Below, piece by piece: positions 38,154 to 47,383 of a stretch of DNA of 64,000 nt (positions within the stretch are counted from its first letter, which is position 1; each line of letters opens with the position of its first letter). The DNA lies in the NCBI GenBank assembly GCA_964548205.1, contig CAZJPJ010000002.1, positions 5,737-69,736 on the forward strand, written 5' to 3'. This stretch comes from an uncultured Candidatus Saccharibacteria bacterium (lineage in GTDB: Bacteria > Patescibacteriota > Minisyncoccia > Phycocordibacterales > WO2-35-19). Made by a program: the position numbers and the translations under genes. The notes under the pieces are model-generated. The model saw only the letters and a list, made by a program, of their open reading frames with translations. It was not told the origin of the DNA and did not search any database.

Positions 38154-38177
38154 AAAAACAGGCGTTGGCCTGTTTGG
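38153..38177 (+). terminator. Intrinsic terminator-like hairpin
   Basis: aaaaaacaggc-gttg-gcctgtttgg directly after the stop codon. Confidence 0.45.
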
Positions 38178-38197
38178 AGAAAAATGTAAAAAAGGAA

Positions 38198-38400
38198 AAA
38201 CCGGCAGCGTTTTGGTATGACACCGCCGGTTTGCTCGGCCTGGCAAATCTGTTGCGAGACCAGACCGAGTCTTTCACCCAGCGCCGCGCGTTTCATGCAC
38301 GGCAGCGGCGGGTGATCGCGGCGCTGACAAGACTCCGACTGACAGAGTCTCAGTCCCAACCGCGCGAGATCGGGCAATCAAACCCGAATCTTCCTTAAGT
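38198..38400. other. GC-rich, highly structured noncoding element (candidate small structured RNA or inserted element)
   Basis: ~200 nt of strikingly high GC content in an AT-rich genome. Perfect hairpins aaaccggc...gccggttt (38198-38232) and cagcgccgcg...cgcggcgctg (38279-38326). Only short overlapping ORFs of low coding likelihood occur on either strand. Confidence 0.4.
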
Positions 38401-38587
38401 ATAGCACCTTTATGGGTGACTGTCAAGCGTTTTGAGAATTTGTTGGTATTTTCTTTTTATTGCTACCAAAATACGTTGCAAAATAAGGATAAAATTGGAC
38501 AAGGACAAAAATGAGGCCGATTTTATAGGGCTAGAGCTATATTTGCCATAAAGGCGCGGTCTGGCTTGTCGGGGTATTGCGGGGTGT

Positions 38588-38616
38588 TTGACAATAAGCT
38601 GTTATTTGATAGTATA
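38588..38616 (+). promoter_or_regulatory. Promoter of the rpsS-rplE block: TTGACA, 16-nt spacer, extended -10 TGaTAGTAT, followed by a leader hairpin
   Basis: Consensus -35. TG two nt upstream of TAGTAT. The cccgc-tct-gcggg hairpin and an AAAGAG Shine-Dalgarno precede the rpsS ATG. Confidence 0.5.
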
Positions 38617-38655
38617 TTCGGGTCCCGCTCTGCGGGTTTAGTTTTATAAAGAGTT

Positions 38656-39009
38656 ATGTCAAGATCACTCAAAAAAGGACCTTACGTAGATGAGCGTGTG
38701 CTCAAAAAAGTAATGGGCAAGAAACCTCAGGAGACTGGGGTTATAAAGACGTGGTCTAGAGCATGTGTCATATCTCCTGAGATGGTCGGCTTCACTTTCG
38801 GCGTACACAATGGCAGAGCACATCTAGAAGTTTTTGTCAGTGAAGATATGGTAGGCCACAGGCTTGGCGAATTTTCACCAACAAAGAAATTCATAAAGCA
38901 CGGAGGTAAGATGCAGAAGGAACAAGAAGCTAAGGCTAAAGAAGCTGAGATAGCAGCAGCCAAGGCCGCCAAGACAACTGCCGATTCTGCCACAACAAAG
39001 AAAAAATAA
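38656..39009 (+). CDS. rpsS: 30S ribosomal protein S19 (with a K/A-rich C-terminal extension)
   Basis: [11 protein letters not shown]...[40 protein letters not shown]. Confidence 0.95.
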   Translation: MSRSLKKGPYVDERVLKKVMGKKPQETGVIKTWSRACVISPEMVGFTFGVHNGRAHLEVFVSEDMVGHRLGEFSPTKKFIKHGGKMQKEQEAKAKEAEIAAAKAAKTTADSATTKKK

Positions 39010-39015
39010 TTTTGT

Positions 39016-39405
39016 ATGAAAGAAATAACTGCACAGCTCAATAGCTACCGTCAATCACCAAGAAAAGTGAGACTTGTTGCTAGTAGCTTGCGTGGCAAGT
39101 CAGTAAACGATGCGCTCTCAACTTTGCGATTTACAGTCAAAAGAGCTTCGACTCCGCTTGATAAACTATTGAAGTCTGCTATCGCAAATGCAAAGAATGC
39201 AGGAGTTGAGAAGGATAATCTTTTTGTGAAGTCTATTTCTGTAGATGGTGGTAGAATACTTTATCGTAGGATGCCAGTAGCTCACGGAGCAGCACATCCT
39301 ATAAGAAAAAGGACAAGTCATGTGAAGCTAGTGCTTGGTGAAAAGTCTAAAAGTCCAAAGGTCGAAGCCAAGAACAAGAAGGAAAAGAAAGAAAAATCAA
39401 AATAA
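39016..39405 (+). CDS. rplV: 50S ribosomal protein L22
   Basis: SPRKVRLVASSLRGKSVNDALSTL...SAIANA...RTSHV. Confidence 0.9.
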   Translation: MKEITAQLNSYRQSPRKVRLVASSLRGKSVNDALSTLRFTVKRASTPLDKLLKSAIANAKNAGVEKDNLFVKSISVDGGRILYRRMPVAHGAAHPIRKRTSHVKLVLGEKSKSPKVEAKNKKEKKEKSK

Positions 39406-39441
39406 CTTTATAGACTTTTAACTTTAAAACTTTTAACTAAA

Positions 39442-40104
39442 ATGAGTCATACCGTACACCCATATTCACATAGACTAGGTATCATCAGAGACTGGAAGAG
39501 TCGTTGGTTTGCTCTTGGTAATGACTACAAGAGCAATTTGCGTTCTGATGTTTTGATCACAGAGTTTTTGAGGAAGAGGCTCAAGGGTATGCACGTTAGC
39601 TCTATAGAGATAGAACGCAATGTAAAGACTTTTAGGATAATTATCGAAACTGGCCGTCCTGGTCTGATCATAGGTAGAAGCGGAGAGGGTATGAACAAGC
39701 TTAGAGATGATCTCCTAAGCTTTATGGTAAAGAATAAAATTGCAAATAAAGCAGAGCTGAAGATAGATGTAAAAGAGATAAAATCACCCGAATCAAACGC
39801 CATGATCAGCGCTCAGATGGTAGCAGAAGGACTTGAAAAGAGGCTTCCTTTCCGTAGAGTAGTCAAGCAAGTAATAGAGAAAGCTTTTGCAAATAGAGAT
39901 GTAAAGGGTGTAAAGGTGACACTCTCTGGCATTATGGGAGGTTCCAACATGGCTCGCGTAGAAACAAGAAAGCTTGGTCGTATCCCACTTCAAACTTTGA
40001 GAGCAGATGTTGATTATGCTTTTTATGAAGCTCTCTTGCCTCTAGGGAAGATAGGTATAAAGGTGTGGATATACAAAGGCGATATCTTTAATAAGAAAAG
40101 CTAG
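39442..40104 (+). CDS. rpsC: 30S ribosomal protein S3
   Basis: [22 protein letters not shown] N-terminus, KH domain ([13 protein letters not shown]). Confidence 0.95.
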   Translation: [220 protein letters not shown]

Positions 40105-40110
40105 AATATT

Positions 40111-40530
40111 ATGTTAGTCCCAAAGAAAGTAAAATACAGAAAATGGCATGTAATGCGCAAGAACCCGCTCAAGGTCGGGGCTGCTACTCGTGGTACTACA
40201 GTTTCTTTCGGTTCTCATGGTCTAAAGTCTACTAGCGCTTTTCGGGTGACTTCAAACCAAATAGAGGCAGCTAGGAAGGCTATATCAAGATCTCTTGGTA
40301 AAACTGGAAGAATCTGGATTCGCATTTTTCCTGACAAACCTTTTACAAAGAAGCCAGCTGAAGTAAAGATGGGTAAGGGTAAGGGTGATATCGAGGGTTA
40401 TCATGTGCAAGTGTTGCCTGGTCAGATCGTCTTTGAAGTAGACGGAGCAGTCGACACTGTAGCCGTAGAGTCGCTGAGAAAGGGTGGCACCAAATTACCT
40501 TTGAAGACTAAGATAGTTTCTAGGCACTAA
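40111..40530 (+). CDS. rplP: 50S ribosomal protein L16
   Basis: MLVPKKVKYRK...GKTGRIWIRIFPDKP.TKKPAEVKMGKGKGD.E. Confidence 0.95.
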   Translation: MLVPKKVKYRKWHVMRKNPLKVGAATRGTTVSFGSHGLKSTSAFRVTSNQIEAARKAISRSLGKTGRIWIRIFPDKPFTKKPAEVKMGKGKGDIEGYHVQVLPGQIVFEVDGAVDTVAVESLRKGGTKLPLKTKIVSRH

Positions 40531-40544
40531 TTTCACAAATTGTT

Positions 40545-40724
40545 ATGAAGAAAGCTACAGAAAAAAAAGATATAGAGAAAATAAAGAAAGATTTGGAAGA
40601 GAAGAATCTAGAGCTTTTTGATATAAGGTTTGGCAAAGCCGGAGCGGGTGCTAAGAATGTAAAAAAATACGGCACTCTAAAAAAAGAAATAGCGAGAATA
40701 AAGACAACACTGAATAATCAATAA
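40545..40724 (+). CDS. rpmC: 50S ribosomal protein L29 (59 aa, below the ORF-track cutoff)
   Basis: Translation MKKATEKKDIEKIKKDLEEKNLELFDIRFGKAGAGAKNVKKYGTLKKEIARIKTTLNNQ. Canonical position between L16 and S17, with an L29-like helical K/E pattern. Confidence 0.75.
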   Translation: MKKATEKKDIEKIKKDLEEKNLELFDIRFGKAGAGAKNVKKYGTLKKEIARIKTTLNNQ

Positions 40725-40738
40725 TATTTGAAATCACA

Positions 40739-41008
40739 ATGAACACGAAATCTGAGACAAAAGAAAAAGACAACAAGGTAGGAGCAAAAGTGCTCAATGG
40801 AGTTGTGGTATCAAGTAAAATGAAGGACACTGCAGTTGTAGAAGTGGTGAGGTATGTGAAGCACCCAAAGTATAAGAAATACTACAAGGTGAACAAGAGG
40901 TACAAGGCACATGATGTCGGCAACAAGGCAGAGGTTGGGCAGAAGGTAGGAATAAGGTCTGTAAGGCCAATATCAAAAGACAAACATTTTGTTATAGTTC
41001 ATAGTTAA
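40739..41008 (+). CDS. rpsQ: 30S ribosomal protein S17
   Basis: GVVVSSKMKDTAVVEV.RYVKHPKYKKYYKVNKRYKAHD...G..V.I...RPISK.K.FVIV. Confidence 0.9.
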   Translation: MNTKSETKEKDNKVGAKVLNGVVVSSKMKDTAVVEVVRYVKHPKYKKYYKVNKRYKAHDVGNKAEVGQKVGIRSVRPISKDKHFVIVHS

Positions 41009-41033
41009 AAGTCGAAGGTTAAAAGTAAAAGAG

Positions 41034-41411
41034 ATGATACAGCCAAGAAGTATAGTAAAAGTAGCGGATAATTCAGGAGCCAAGATAGGGCGTATTTTCA
41101 AAGTGCTCGGCAGTTCCAAGAAGAGGTACGCAGAGATCGGAGAACTTGTTGTTTTCTCTGTTCAGAAGGCCGAGCCAAGAAAAACTGTAAAGAAAAAAGA
41201 TGTCCTTCTCGGATTGGTGGTACGTCAGAAAAATCCTTATAGGAGGAAAGATGGTTCCTACATAAGATTTGACGAAAATGCAGTGGTTTCAGTTGAAAGA
41301 AAAAAAGGAGAGATAATACCTAAGGCCAATCGTATCTTTGGTCCTATAACTAGAGAGATAGCAGAAGCGGGTCATCAAGCTATAGTCTCTCTTGCACCAG
41401 AAGTAATATAA
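41034..41411 (+). CDS. rplN: 50S ribosomal protein L14
   Basis: MIQPRSIVKVADNSGAK... Confidence 0.95.
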   Translation: MIQPRSIVKVADNSGAKIGRIFKVLGSSKKRYAEIGELVVFSVQKAEPRKTVKKKDVLLGLVVRQKNPYRRKDGSYIRFDENAVVSVERKKGEIIPKANRIFGPITREIAEAGHQAIVSLAPEVI

Positions 41412-41416
41412 ACACT

Positions 41417-41635
41417 ATGCATATAAAGAAAGGAGACAAAGTAATAGTGCTAGCAGGCAAAGATAAGGGCAAGAGCGGCTCTGTGGTTAAAGCTTTGCCG
41501 CAAAAGGGTAAAGTGGTAGTAGAAGGTATAAACAAGCTCAAAAAGCACATGAGAAAAAGAAAGCAAAACGAAAAAGGTAAGGTGGTAGAAATGGAGATGC
41601 CTATAGATGTTTCTAATGTAAAGAAAGCAAAATAA
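41417..41635 (+). CDS. rplX: 50S ribosomal protein L24
   Basis: MHIKKGDKVIVLAGKDKGKSGSVVKALPQKGKVVVEGINKLKKH is a KOW-domain L24. Confidence 0.9.
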   Translation: MHIKKGDKVIVLAGKDKGKSGSVVKALPQKGKVVVEGINKLKKHMRKRKQNEKGKVVEMEMPIDVSNVKKAK

Positions 41636-41641
41636 ACTAAT

Positions 41642-42175
41642 ATGATCAGGTTAAAAGAAAAAACAAAATCAGCATACAAAGAGCTCAAAGAAAGCATGGG
41701 TCTTAAAAATGTCATGCAGTCTCCTAAGATACAAAAGGTGGTTATAAGTGCAGGTGTTGGCTCTTTTAAAGATCCAAAGAAAGTTGAAATAGTAGAAGAC
41801 AGGCTATCAAAGATTACTGGCCAAAAGGTTTCAAAGCGTGGTGCCAAACAATCTATCGCCACATTTAAGACTAGAGAAGGTGATACTGTAGGTCTTCAGG
41901 TTACTCTAAGAGGAGAGAAGATGTGGAGTTTTCTAGACAGGCTTGTAAACATAGCTCTTCCTAGAACCAAAGACTTCAGAGGTATACCGACTACAGGAGT
42001 AGATCTCATGGGTAACTATACTCTCGGTATAAAAGAAAACACTGTCTTTCCTGAAACAGCTGACGAAGATCTAAAAGACGTCTTTGGTTTTGCTGTGACA
42101 GTGGTCACAAATCAGAAAACTCAGCAAAAGGCTCGTCTTTTCTTCGACTATCTAGGCTTTCCTTTCAAGAAATAG
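41642..42175 (+). CDS. rplE: 50S ribosomal protein L5
   Basis: L5 family (...NVMQSPKIQKVVISAGVG...RGIPTTGVDLMGNYTLGIKENTVFPE...). The operon breaks off here, with no rpsN/rpsH following. Confidence 0.9.
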   Translation: MIRLKEKTKSAYKELKESMGLKNVMQSPKIQKVVISAGVGSFKDPKKVEIVEDRLSKITGQKVSKRGAKQSIATFKTREGDTVGLQVTLRGEKMWSFLDRLVNIALPRTKDFRGIPTTGVDLMGNYTLGIKENTVFPETADEDLKDVFGFAVTVVTNQKTQQKARLFFDYLGFPFKK

Positions 42176-42184
42176 TTTTAAATA

Positions 42185-42850
42185 TCAATGGGCTAGAAAT
42201 AGTCCGAAGACATGAATCCCGCCGCGCCCCAAAAGGGCGCGGCGGGATTCATCAAAGGTAGCTCCTGTTGTATAGACATCATCTACTACCACAAACAATC
42301 TCTTTTTATCGATATCTGCATCCATCGCACCTATAATATTTTTTAATCTCAAGTCTCGGCTTAGTTTGTTTTGTTTCTCTGTGTCTCTGATCTTCTTCAA
42401 TATGTCGTATTTAATATTTATATCTTTGTGCTTATTGACTTCTTTTAGTAACTCAACCATGGGATTGAATCCTCTCTCCTGTTGCTCTTTCTTACTCATG
42501 GGCATCGGCAAGACTATGGCGTCTGATCCATAAAACATGTTTATGTCTGAAAGAATCTCTAGAAGTTCTTGGTAAACCACTTTTGCAAAAAATTTTCTAG
42601 CAAATGGGTGGTTCTTGTATTTCAATGCGATCAACAATGATTTGGTCTTTGGATTTTGGTAGCTAAACAGAGATATGACGTCTTTTTTTACCAAATCAGA
42701 TCTTGGTATAGACCGTGTTAATTCATCAAAATCAATTCCTGTAAATTCATCTAATTTTTTATCCTCAGGTATTGCTATACCTATAAAGATATCGAAGACT
42801 TTAACCGCAGTCCTACCTAAAAAGAGGGTACTCTTTTTTAAGAAATCCAT
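42185..42850 (-). CDS. comF: ComF-family protein (competence, phosphoribosyltransferase domain)
   Basis: C-terminal PRTase motif RLFVVVDDVYTTGATFDESRRAL. Position next to the type IV pilus genes. A GC-only 15-bp perfect palindrome (42215-42249) lies in its 3' coding end. Confidence 0.65.
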   Translation of the reverse strand: MDFLKKSTLFLGRTAVKVFDIFIGIAIPEDKKLDEFTGIDFDELTRSIPRSDLVKKDVISLFSYQNPKTKSLLIALKYKNHPFARKFFAKVVYQELLEILSDINMFYGSDAIVLPMPMSKKEQQERGFNPMVELLKEVNKHKDINIKYDILKKIRDTEKQNKLSRDLRLKNIIGAMDADIDKKRLFVVVDDVYTTGATFDESRRALLGRGGIHVFGLFLAH

Positions 42851-42867
42851 TATGTTAAAATGATACC

Positions 42868-43968
42868 ATGAGTTTTTTGGATAAAATATTTAAGAGTAAA
42901 ACTAATAATGCTATAGGCATCGACATAGGGTCTTCCTCTATAAAAGTAGTGGAGCTAAAGAGGGATGGTGATAAAGCTGTTCTCGGTACGTACGGGGAGC
43001 TATCCTTGGGTCCATATGGAGGAGTTTCTATAGGTCAATCTACAAATCTTCCAACAGAAAAGTTGATTGAGGCAGTAACTGATTTACTAAAGGAAAAAGA
43101 GGTTGCCATAACTACTCTAAAAGCTGGTATCGCTATACCTTTCAAAGCTAGTCTTCTTTCGGTAATTGAGATGCCAGAGTTGAGTAAGTCAGAGCTTGAT
43201 TCTATGGTACCTATAGAAGCTCGGAAATACATTCCAGTGCCTATAGCAGACGTTACTATCGATTGGTCTGTTATACCAAAGAAAGAGAATGAAGATGAAC
43301 CTAGCAATGCTGTTTCAAAAAAGACAATGGAAATACTGCTTGTTGCTATACACAATAATATACTTAACCAGTACAATGAAATTGTTGAAAAAACTGGCTT
43401 AGAGGCAAAGTTTTCAGAGATAGAGGTGTTCAGTTCTATGAGATCGGTGGTAGAAAGTACTTCTGGCCCAATCATGATATTAGATATGGGCGCTTCTACC
43501 ACAAAGCTTTATATTATCGATAGGGGTATTGTTCTTTATTCTCATACCGTAAACCATGGCTCCCAAGAAATAACTGGAAATATAGCCAGATCACTAAATA
43601 TATCTGTAGAAGACGCTGAAATCCAGAAGAGGGCAGGGGACGTTTCTAGGACGATAGGAGGTGCTGATATAAAGGAAGCAGTTTCAAATGTTATCGATCG
43701 CATTTTTTCTGAAACCAACCGCTTTTTATTTGAATATCAAAAAAAACACAACAGGAATATAAAGTCGGTGACTCTCATTGGAGGTGGGTCAGCGTTAAAA
43801 GGCTTTAAAAAGTTGGCCGAGGATAATTTTAAGGTTGAGATAATATCAGGTAATCCATTTGAAAAAATTGTTGTACCAGCATTTTTGGAGGATGTCTTAA
43901 GACAAACTGGTCCAGAATTTGCAGTTTCTGCTGGTGTAGCATTGAGAGCACTGACCGAATTAGAATGA
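42868..43968 (+). CDS. pilM: Type IV pilus assembly protein PilM (actin-like ATPase)
   Basis: N-terminal AIGIDIGSSSIKVVEL..., ASKHA-fold motifs, ...TLIGGGSALKG. Confidence 0.85.
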   Translation: MSFLDKIFKSKTNNAIGIDIGSSSIKVVELKRDGDKAVLGTYGELSLGPYGGVSIGQSTNLPTEKLIEAVTDLLKEKEVAITTLKAGIAIPFKASLLSVIEMPELSKSELDSMVPIEARKYIPVPIADVTIDWSVIPKKENEDEPSNAVSKKTMEILLVAIHNNILNQYNEIVEKTGLEAKFSEIEVFSSMRSVVESTSGPIMILDMGASTTKLYIIDRGIVLYSHTVNHGSQEITGNIARSLNISVEDAEIQKRAGDVSRTIGGADIKEAVSNVIDRIFSETNRFLFEYQKKHNRNIKSVTLIGGGSALKGFKKLAEDNFKVEIISGNPFEKIVVPAFLEDVLRQTGPEFAVSAGVALRALTELE

Positions 43969-44030
43969 TGGATAAGTAATTAACACAATTCTTCGACCAT
44001 ACAGCTATATTTGTTCTATAATTTAATAGT

Positions 44031-44726
44031 ATGGCTCCAGAATTTAGATCTTCATTTATACCCAAAAATACTCAATCTGCCGAAGTCTTCCAAAAGAAAG
44101 GAGATGGTCCGTTTGGTTGGGTTGCTCTTTTGTTTTTTATATTGTCTTTGCTATTGAGTGGAGCGCTTTTTGCTTACAAAACTATTCTGTCTCGTAATAT
44201 AGCGTCTCTAAAGAATGAATTAGAACTCAAAGAGTCGTCTATAGACTATAAAACTATTGAGACGATGGCTACTTTTAGTAATCAGCTCAAGGGTGCTAAA
44301 GATGTCTTGGCTAGACATATCATAGTATCTAGTTTTCTAGAAATACTTAACGACAGTACTCCATCGACTGTCAGATTTACTGATTTTCTATACAACATTG
44401 ATCAAGAGGGTAGGGTGTTTGTGGTCATGCCAGGAGAAGCTAAGGATTATTCTAGTATCGCTTTGTTAGATAGAGAATTGAAGAAATCAAAATACCTGAA
44501 AGAAGTTAATTTTGGTCAGTTAGATTCTAGGAAGGGGATGGTAGCTTTTGAGTTAAATGTCTCTGTTGATCCTAGTATTGCTGCCTATAAAGCAGAGACG
44601 GAAGAGCCTGTAGATGTTGTTGGGAATAGGTCAGACGATACTTCGGTAGAAAATGCTGATGATATAGACTTATCAGAATTAGAGCAGAGCATGGATTTTT
44701 TACCAGAGTCATTTGATGATATATAA
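44031..44726 (+). CDS. pilN: PilN-like type IV pilus assembly protein (bitopic)
   Basis: Single TM (WVALLFFILSLLLSGALFAY) followed by a coiled-coil/periplasmic domain. Position after pilM. Confidence 0.6.
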   Translation: MAPEFRSSFIPKNTQSAEVFQKKGDGPFGWVALLFFILSLLLSGALFAYKTILSRNIASLKNELELKESSIDYKTIETMATFSNQLKGAKDVLARHIIVSSFLEILNDSTPSTVRFTDFLYNIDQEGRVFVVMPGEAKDYSSIALLDRELKKSKYLKEVNFGQLDSRKGMVAFELNVSVDPSIAAYKAETEEPVDVVGNRSDDTSVENADDIDLSELEQSMDFLPESFDDI

Positions 44727-45303
44727 AAATAAATCAATGAGAAGTTCAAGTGCATTGTCATATCTCATACTCACCATAGCTGTAGTCTATGCTTTTGCTT
44801 TACCTCAATATCAAAATGTAAACGTATTGTCTGTAGAAAAAGAAGAAGTTACTAAGAAACTGGATAAGGTCGATGTGATTGAAGACAAGAAGAATGCTCT
44901 ACTTGCTGAGTTCAATGAGATTAGTTCTAGAGAAGTAAACATGGTAAAAACTCTAGTTCCTGAATCTTTTGATTATGTAAAATTGGCTTACGATATTGAT
45001 TCGGCCGCTTCTAGGTACGGTATCTCTATATCTAATGTCGCTACTCAAGACAATGAAGTTACTTCAGTTTCAGAGACAGAAATGGTAAACAGCAGTCCTT
45101 ATAGATCAAGGGAGGTTTATGTATCTTTCGAGGCAACTTATGACGCTTTTGGCAAATTGGTGACTGATTTGGAAAAAAGTCTTAGGGTTTTGGATATAAT
45201 TTCTCTGAAAATTACAACAAAAGAGGGATCGATTTATGACTATGAATTAGGCTTTAGAACTCATTGGGCCAACAATCTAAATGTAAATCAAGATGAACAA
45301 TAA
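44713..45303 (+). CDS. pilO: PilO-like type IV pilus assembly protein (bitopic)
   Basis: Single TM (ALSYLILTIAVVYAFALP), then a coiled-coil and a ferredoxin-like C-terminal region. Overlaps pilN by 14 nt. Confidence 0.55.
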   Translation: MMIYKNKSMRSSSALSYLILTIAVVYAFALPQYQNVNVLSVEKEEVTKKLDKVDVIEDKKNALLAEFNEISSREVNMVKTLVPESFDYVKLAYDIDSAASRYGISISNVATQDNEVTSVSETEMVNSSPYRSREVYVSFEATYDAFGKLVTDLEKSLRVLDIISLKITTKEGSIYDYELGFRTHWANNLNVNQDEQ

Positions 45304-45550
45304 TATTGCAATATCTATAATCATAGCTGCAGCCCTTATAATATACAAAATATTTTTTGTGGTACCTGTAGATGATAGTATCCCGATTACTTCAGCAAAA
45401 ATAGACCAAGCTTTAATAATGATAGATAGTATAAACTTCGATCGTCAGGTTTTTAGTGATCCCAACCTAGGTTCCCTAAAAAGTTTGGAGATTCCTATAA
45501 ATGAAGTTTCAGTAGGTAAGAGTAATCCTTTTGGATCTATTATAAAGTAA
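45293..45550 (+). CDS. Hypothetical small membrane-anchored protein in the pilus locus (possibly PilP-like)
   Basis: N-terminal TM (IAISIIIAAALIIYKIFFVV). Overlaps pilO by 11 nt. Confidence 0.4.
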   Translation: MNNNIAISIIIAAALIIYKIFFVVPVDDSIPITSAKIDQALIMIDSINFDRQVFSDPNLGSLKSLEIPINEVSVGKSNPFGSIIK

Positions 45551-45557
45551 TACAAAA

Positions 45558-47327
45558 ATGAGCGTTCTTGATATCTTGGTAAAATCAGGTGTTCTCAGCC
45601 AAAGAGATGCTTCGATTCTTAAATCAAAAGAAGGGGCAAGAGAAGAATTGGACAAACAACTTCTTTCTTTGGGAGTAAGTGAGACTGATCTTTTGAGTGC
45701 AAAGTCAGAATATTTTGGTGTGCCTTTGAAAAAAGTAGAATACTCAAGAATTGATCAGAAGATCCTAGATTATATACCAGAAGAGTCGGCAGTTTATTAT
45801 CAGTTTGTACCCGTTGGTCTAAAAGACGGCATTATAGAAGTGGGTATGGTGGATCCGGATAATATATCTGCGCGCGATGCTTTAAACTTTATATCTTCAA
45901 GGATAAATCTACCTTTTAAGATATTCCTTATATCTTTTGAAGATTTTGAAAAAACAGTCTCTCTGTACAAGGGTCTTTCAGGTGAAGTCACAAAAGCTCT
46001 TTCTGAGCTTGAGAACGAGCTTGTTTTGGAATCAAAAGAAATCAAAGGTGAAGAAAAAAAAGATAGTAAAGAAGCTGGGAAGGATGCTTTTGATGATAAT
46101 CAAGAAGAAAATATAATAGGGGACACTAAAGATCCAACAAAAATAGAAAATGCCCCTGTAACAAAGATTGTGGCCACAATATTGCGGTATGCCACAGACG
46201 GTAGAGCGTCAGATATCCATATAGAACCCACCATTAATAATCTAAGAGTGCGCTTTAGAGTTGACGGCATTATGAATACAAGCTTGGTCTTGCCCGTAAG
46301 GGTACATAGCGCAGTCGTAGCTAGGATAAAAATCATGTCAAATATGAGACTGGATGAAAAAAGAAAACCTCAAGATGGCAGGTTTTCTGCGCGGTTGGAT
46401 GAAAGGAAGATTGACTTTCGTGTCTCCACATTTCCTACTTACTATGGTGAAAAGATAGTGATTAGAATCCTGGATCAGGATAAAGGGGTTCTCAAACTTG
46501 AAGAATTGGGCTTGAGTAAAGAAAATCTCCAAAAAATAAAAAATGCTCTAGAGAGGCCCTACGGTCTAATACTCATATCTGGCCCTACAGGTAGTGGTAA
46601 ATCCACAACACTTTATTCTATGTTAAACGAAGTTGATAAAGATCATAAAAACGTCCTCTCTCTTGAAGATCCGATAGAATACAATATCGAAGGCATGAGC
46701 CAATCGCAAGTAAGGGCAGAAATAGGTTATACATTTGCTTCGGGGCTACGTACTACATTGCGACAGGACCCGGATATTATAATGGTGGGTGAGATAAGAG
46801 ATAAAGAGACTGCCCAGCTTGCAATACAGGCGGCCCTTACTGGCCACTTAGTATTTTCGACTATTCACACTAACAATGCTATAGGTGTCGTGCCGAGGCT
46901 TATAGATATGGGTGTAGATCCGTATCTCATCGCACCTACTTTGGTTCTTGCTATCGCTCAAAGATTGGGCCGAGCTCTTTGTAAGGGTGCAGGCAAGCCA
47001 ATGAAAGTCAAAGGTACTGCTATTGGTGCTATGATCGAAAAACAGTTTTCTGATTTACCAACTGAGTATCTATCGAAAATCCAGTTTGGTGATGAGGTGT
47101 GTGAGGTTTCTCCAGGACCTGATTGTCCTAATGGTGTTAGGGGCAGGGTTGCAGTGATGGAAATACTCGAAGTCGATAAAGATTTGCAACAGATTATCCT
47201 GAATACACCCACTGAGGAGGCTATATGGAAGCATGCCAGAAGTAAGGGCATGTTGACTATGAAAGAGGATGCAATACTAAGAGCTTTCAACAAGCAGATC
47301 CCGTTCGAAGAAGTGAATTCTCTCTAA
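45558..47327 (+). CDS. pilB: Type IV pilus assembly ATPase PilB (GspE family)
   Basis: N-terminal GSPII_E_N domain. Walker A LISGPTGSGKSTTLYSML, Asp box, Walker B, His box, tetracysteine-like CEVSPGPDCPNG. Confidence 0.9.
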   Translation: MSVLDILVKSGVLSQRDASILKSKEGAREELDKQLLSLGVSETDLLSAKSEYFGVPLKKVEYSRIDQKILDYIPEESAVYYQFVPVGLKDGIIEVGMVDPDNISARDALNFISSRINLPFKIFLISFEDFEKTVSLYKGLSGEVTKALSELENELVLESKEIKGEEKKDSKEAGKDAFDDNQEENIIGDTKDPTKIENAPVTKIVATILRYATDGRASDIHIEPTINNLRVRFRVDGIMNTSLVLPVRVHSAVVARIKIMSNMRLDEKRKPQDGRFSARLDERKIDFRVSTFPTYYGEKIVIRILDQDKGVLKLEELGLSKENLQKIKNALERPYGLILISGPTGSGKSTTLYSMLNEVDKDHKNVLSLEDPIEYNIEGMSQSQVRAEIGYTFASGLRTTLRQDPDIIMVGEIRDKETAQLAIQAALTGHLVFSTIHTNNAIGVVPRLIDMGVDPYLIAPTLVLAIAQRLGRALCKGAGKPMKVKGTAIGAMIEKQFSDLPTEYLSKIQFGDEVCEVSPGPDCPNGVRGRVAVMEILEVDKDLQQIILNTPTEEAIWKHARSKGMLTMKEDAILRAFNKQIPFEEVNSL

Positions 47328-47383
47328 ATATTATCAACACTAGTCAAGGGTTATGTTGCTCTTGGTAGTGTATAATTGTTTTC

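Noticed and set aside
38066-38398. Overlapping ORFs of 103 aa (-) and 77 aa (+) in the GC-rich island
   Set aside because: High GC inflates ORF length. Both are Arg/Ala/Gln-rich low-complexity translations. The minus ORF runs antisense into the DUF1905-like gene. Better explained as a structured noncoding element.
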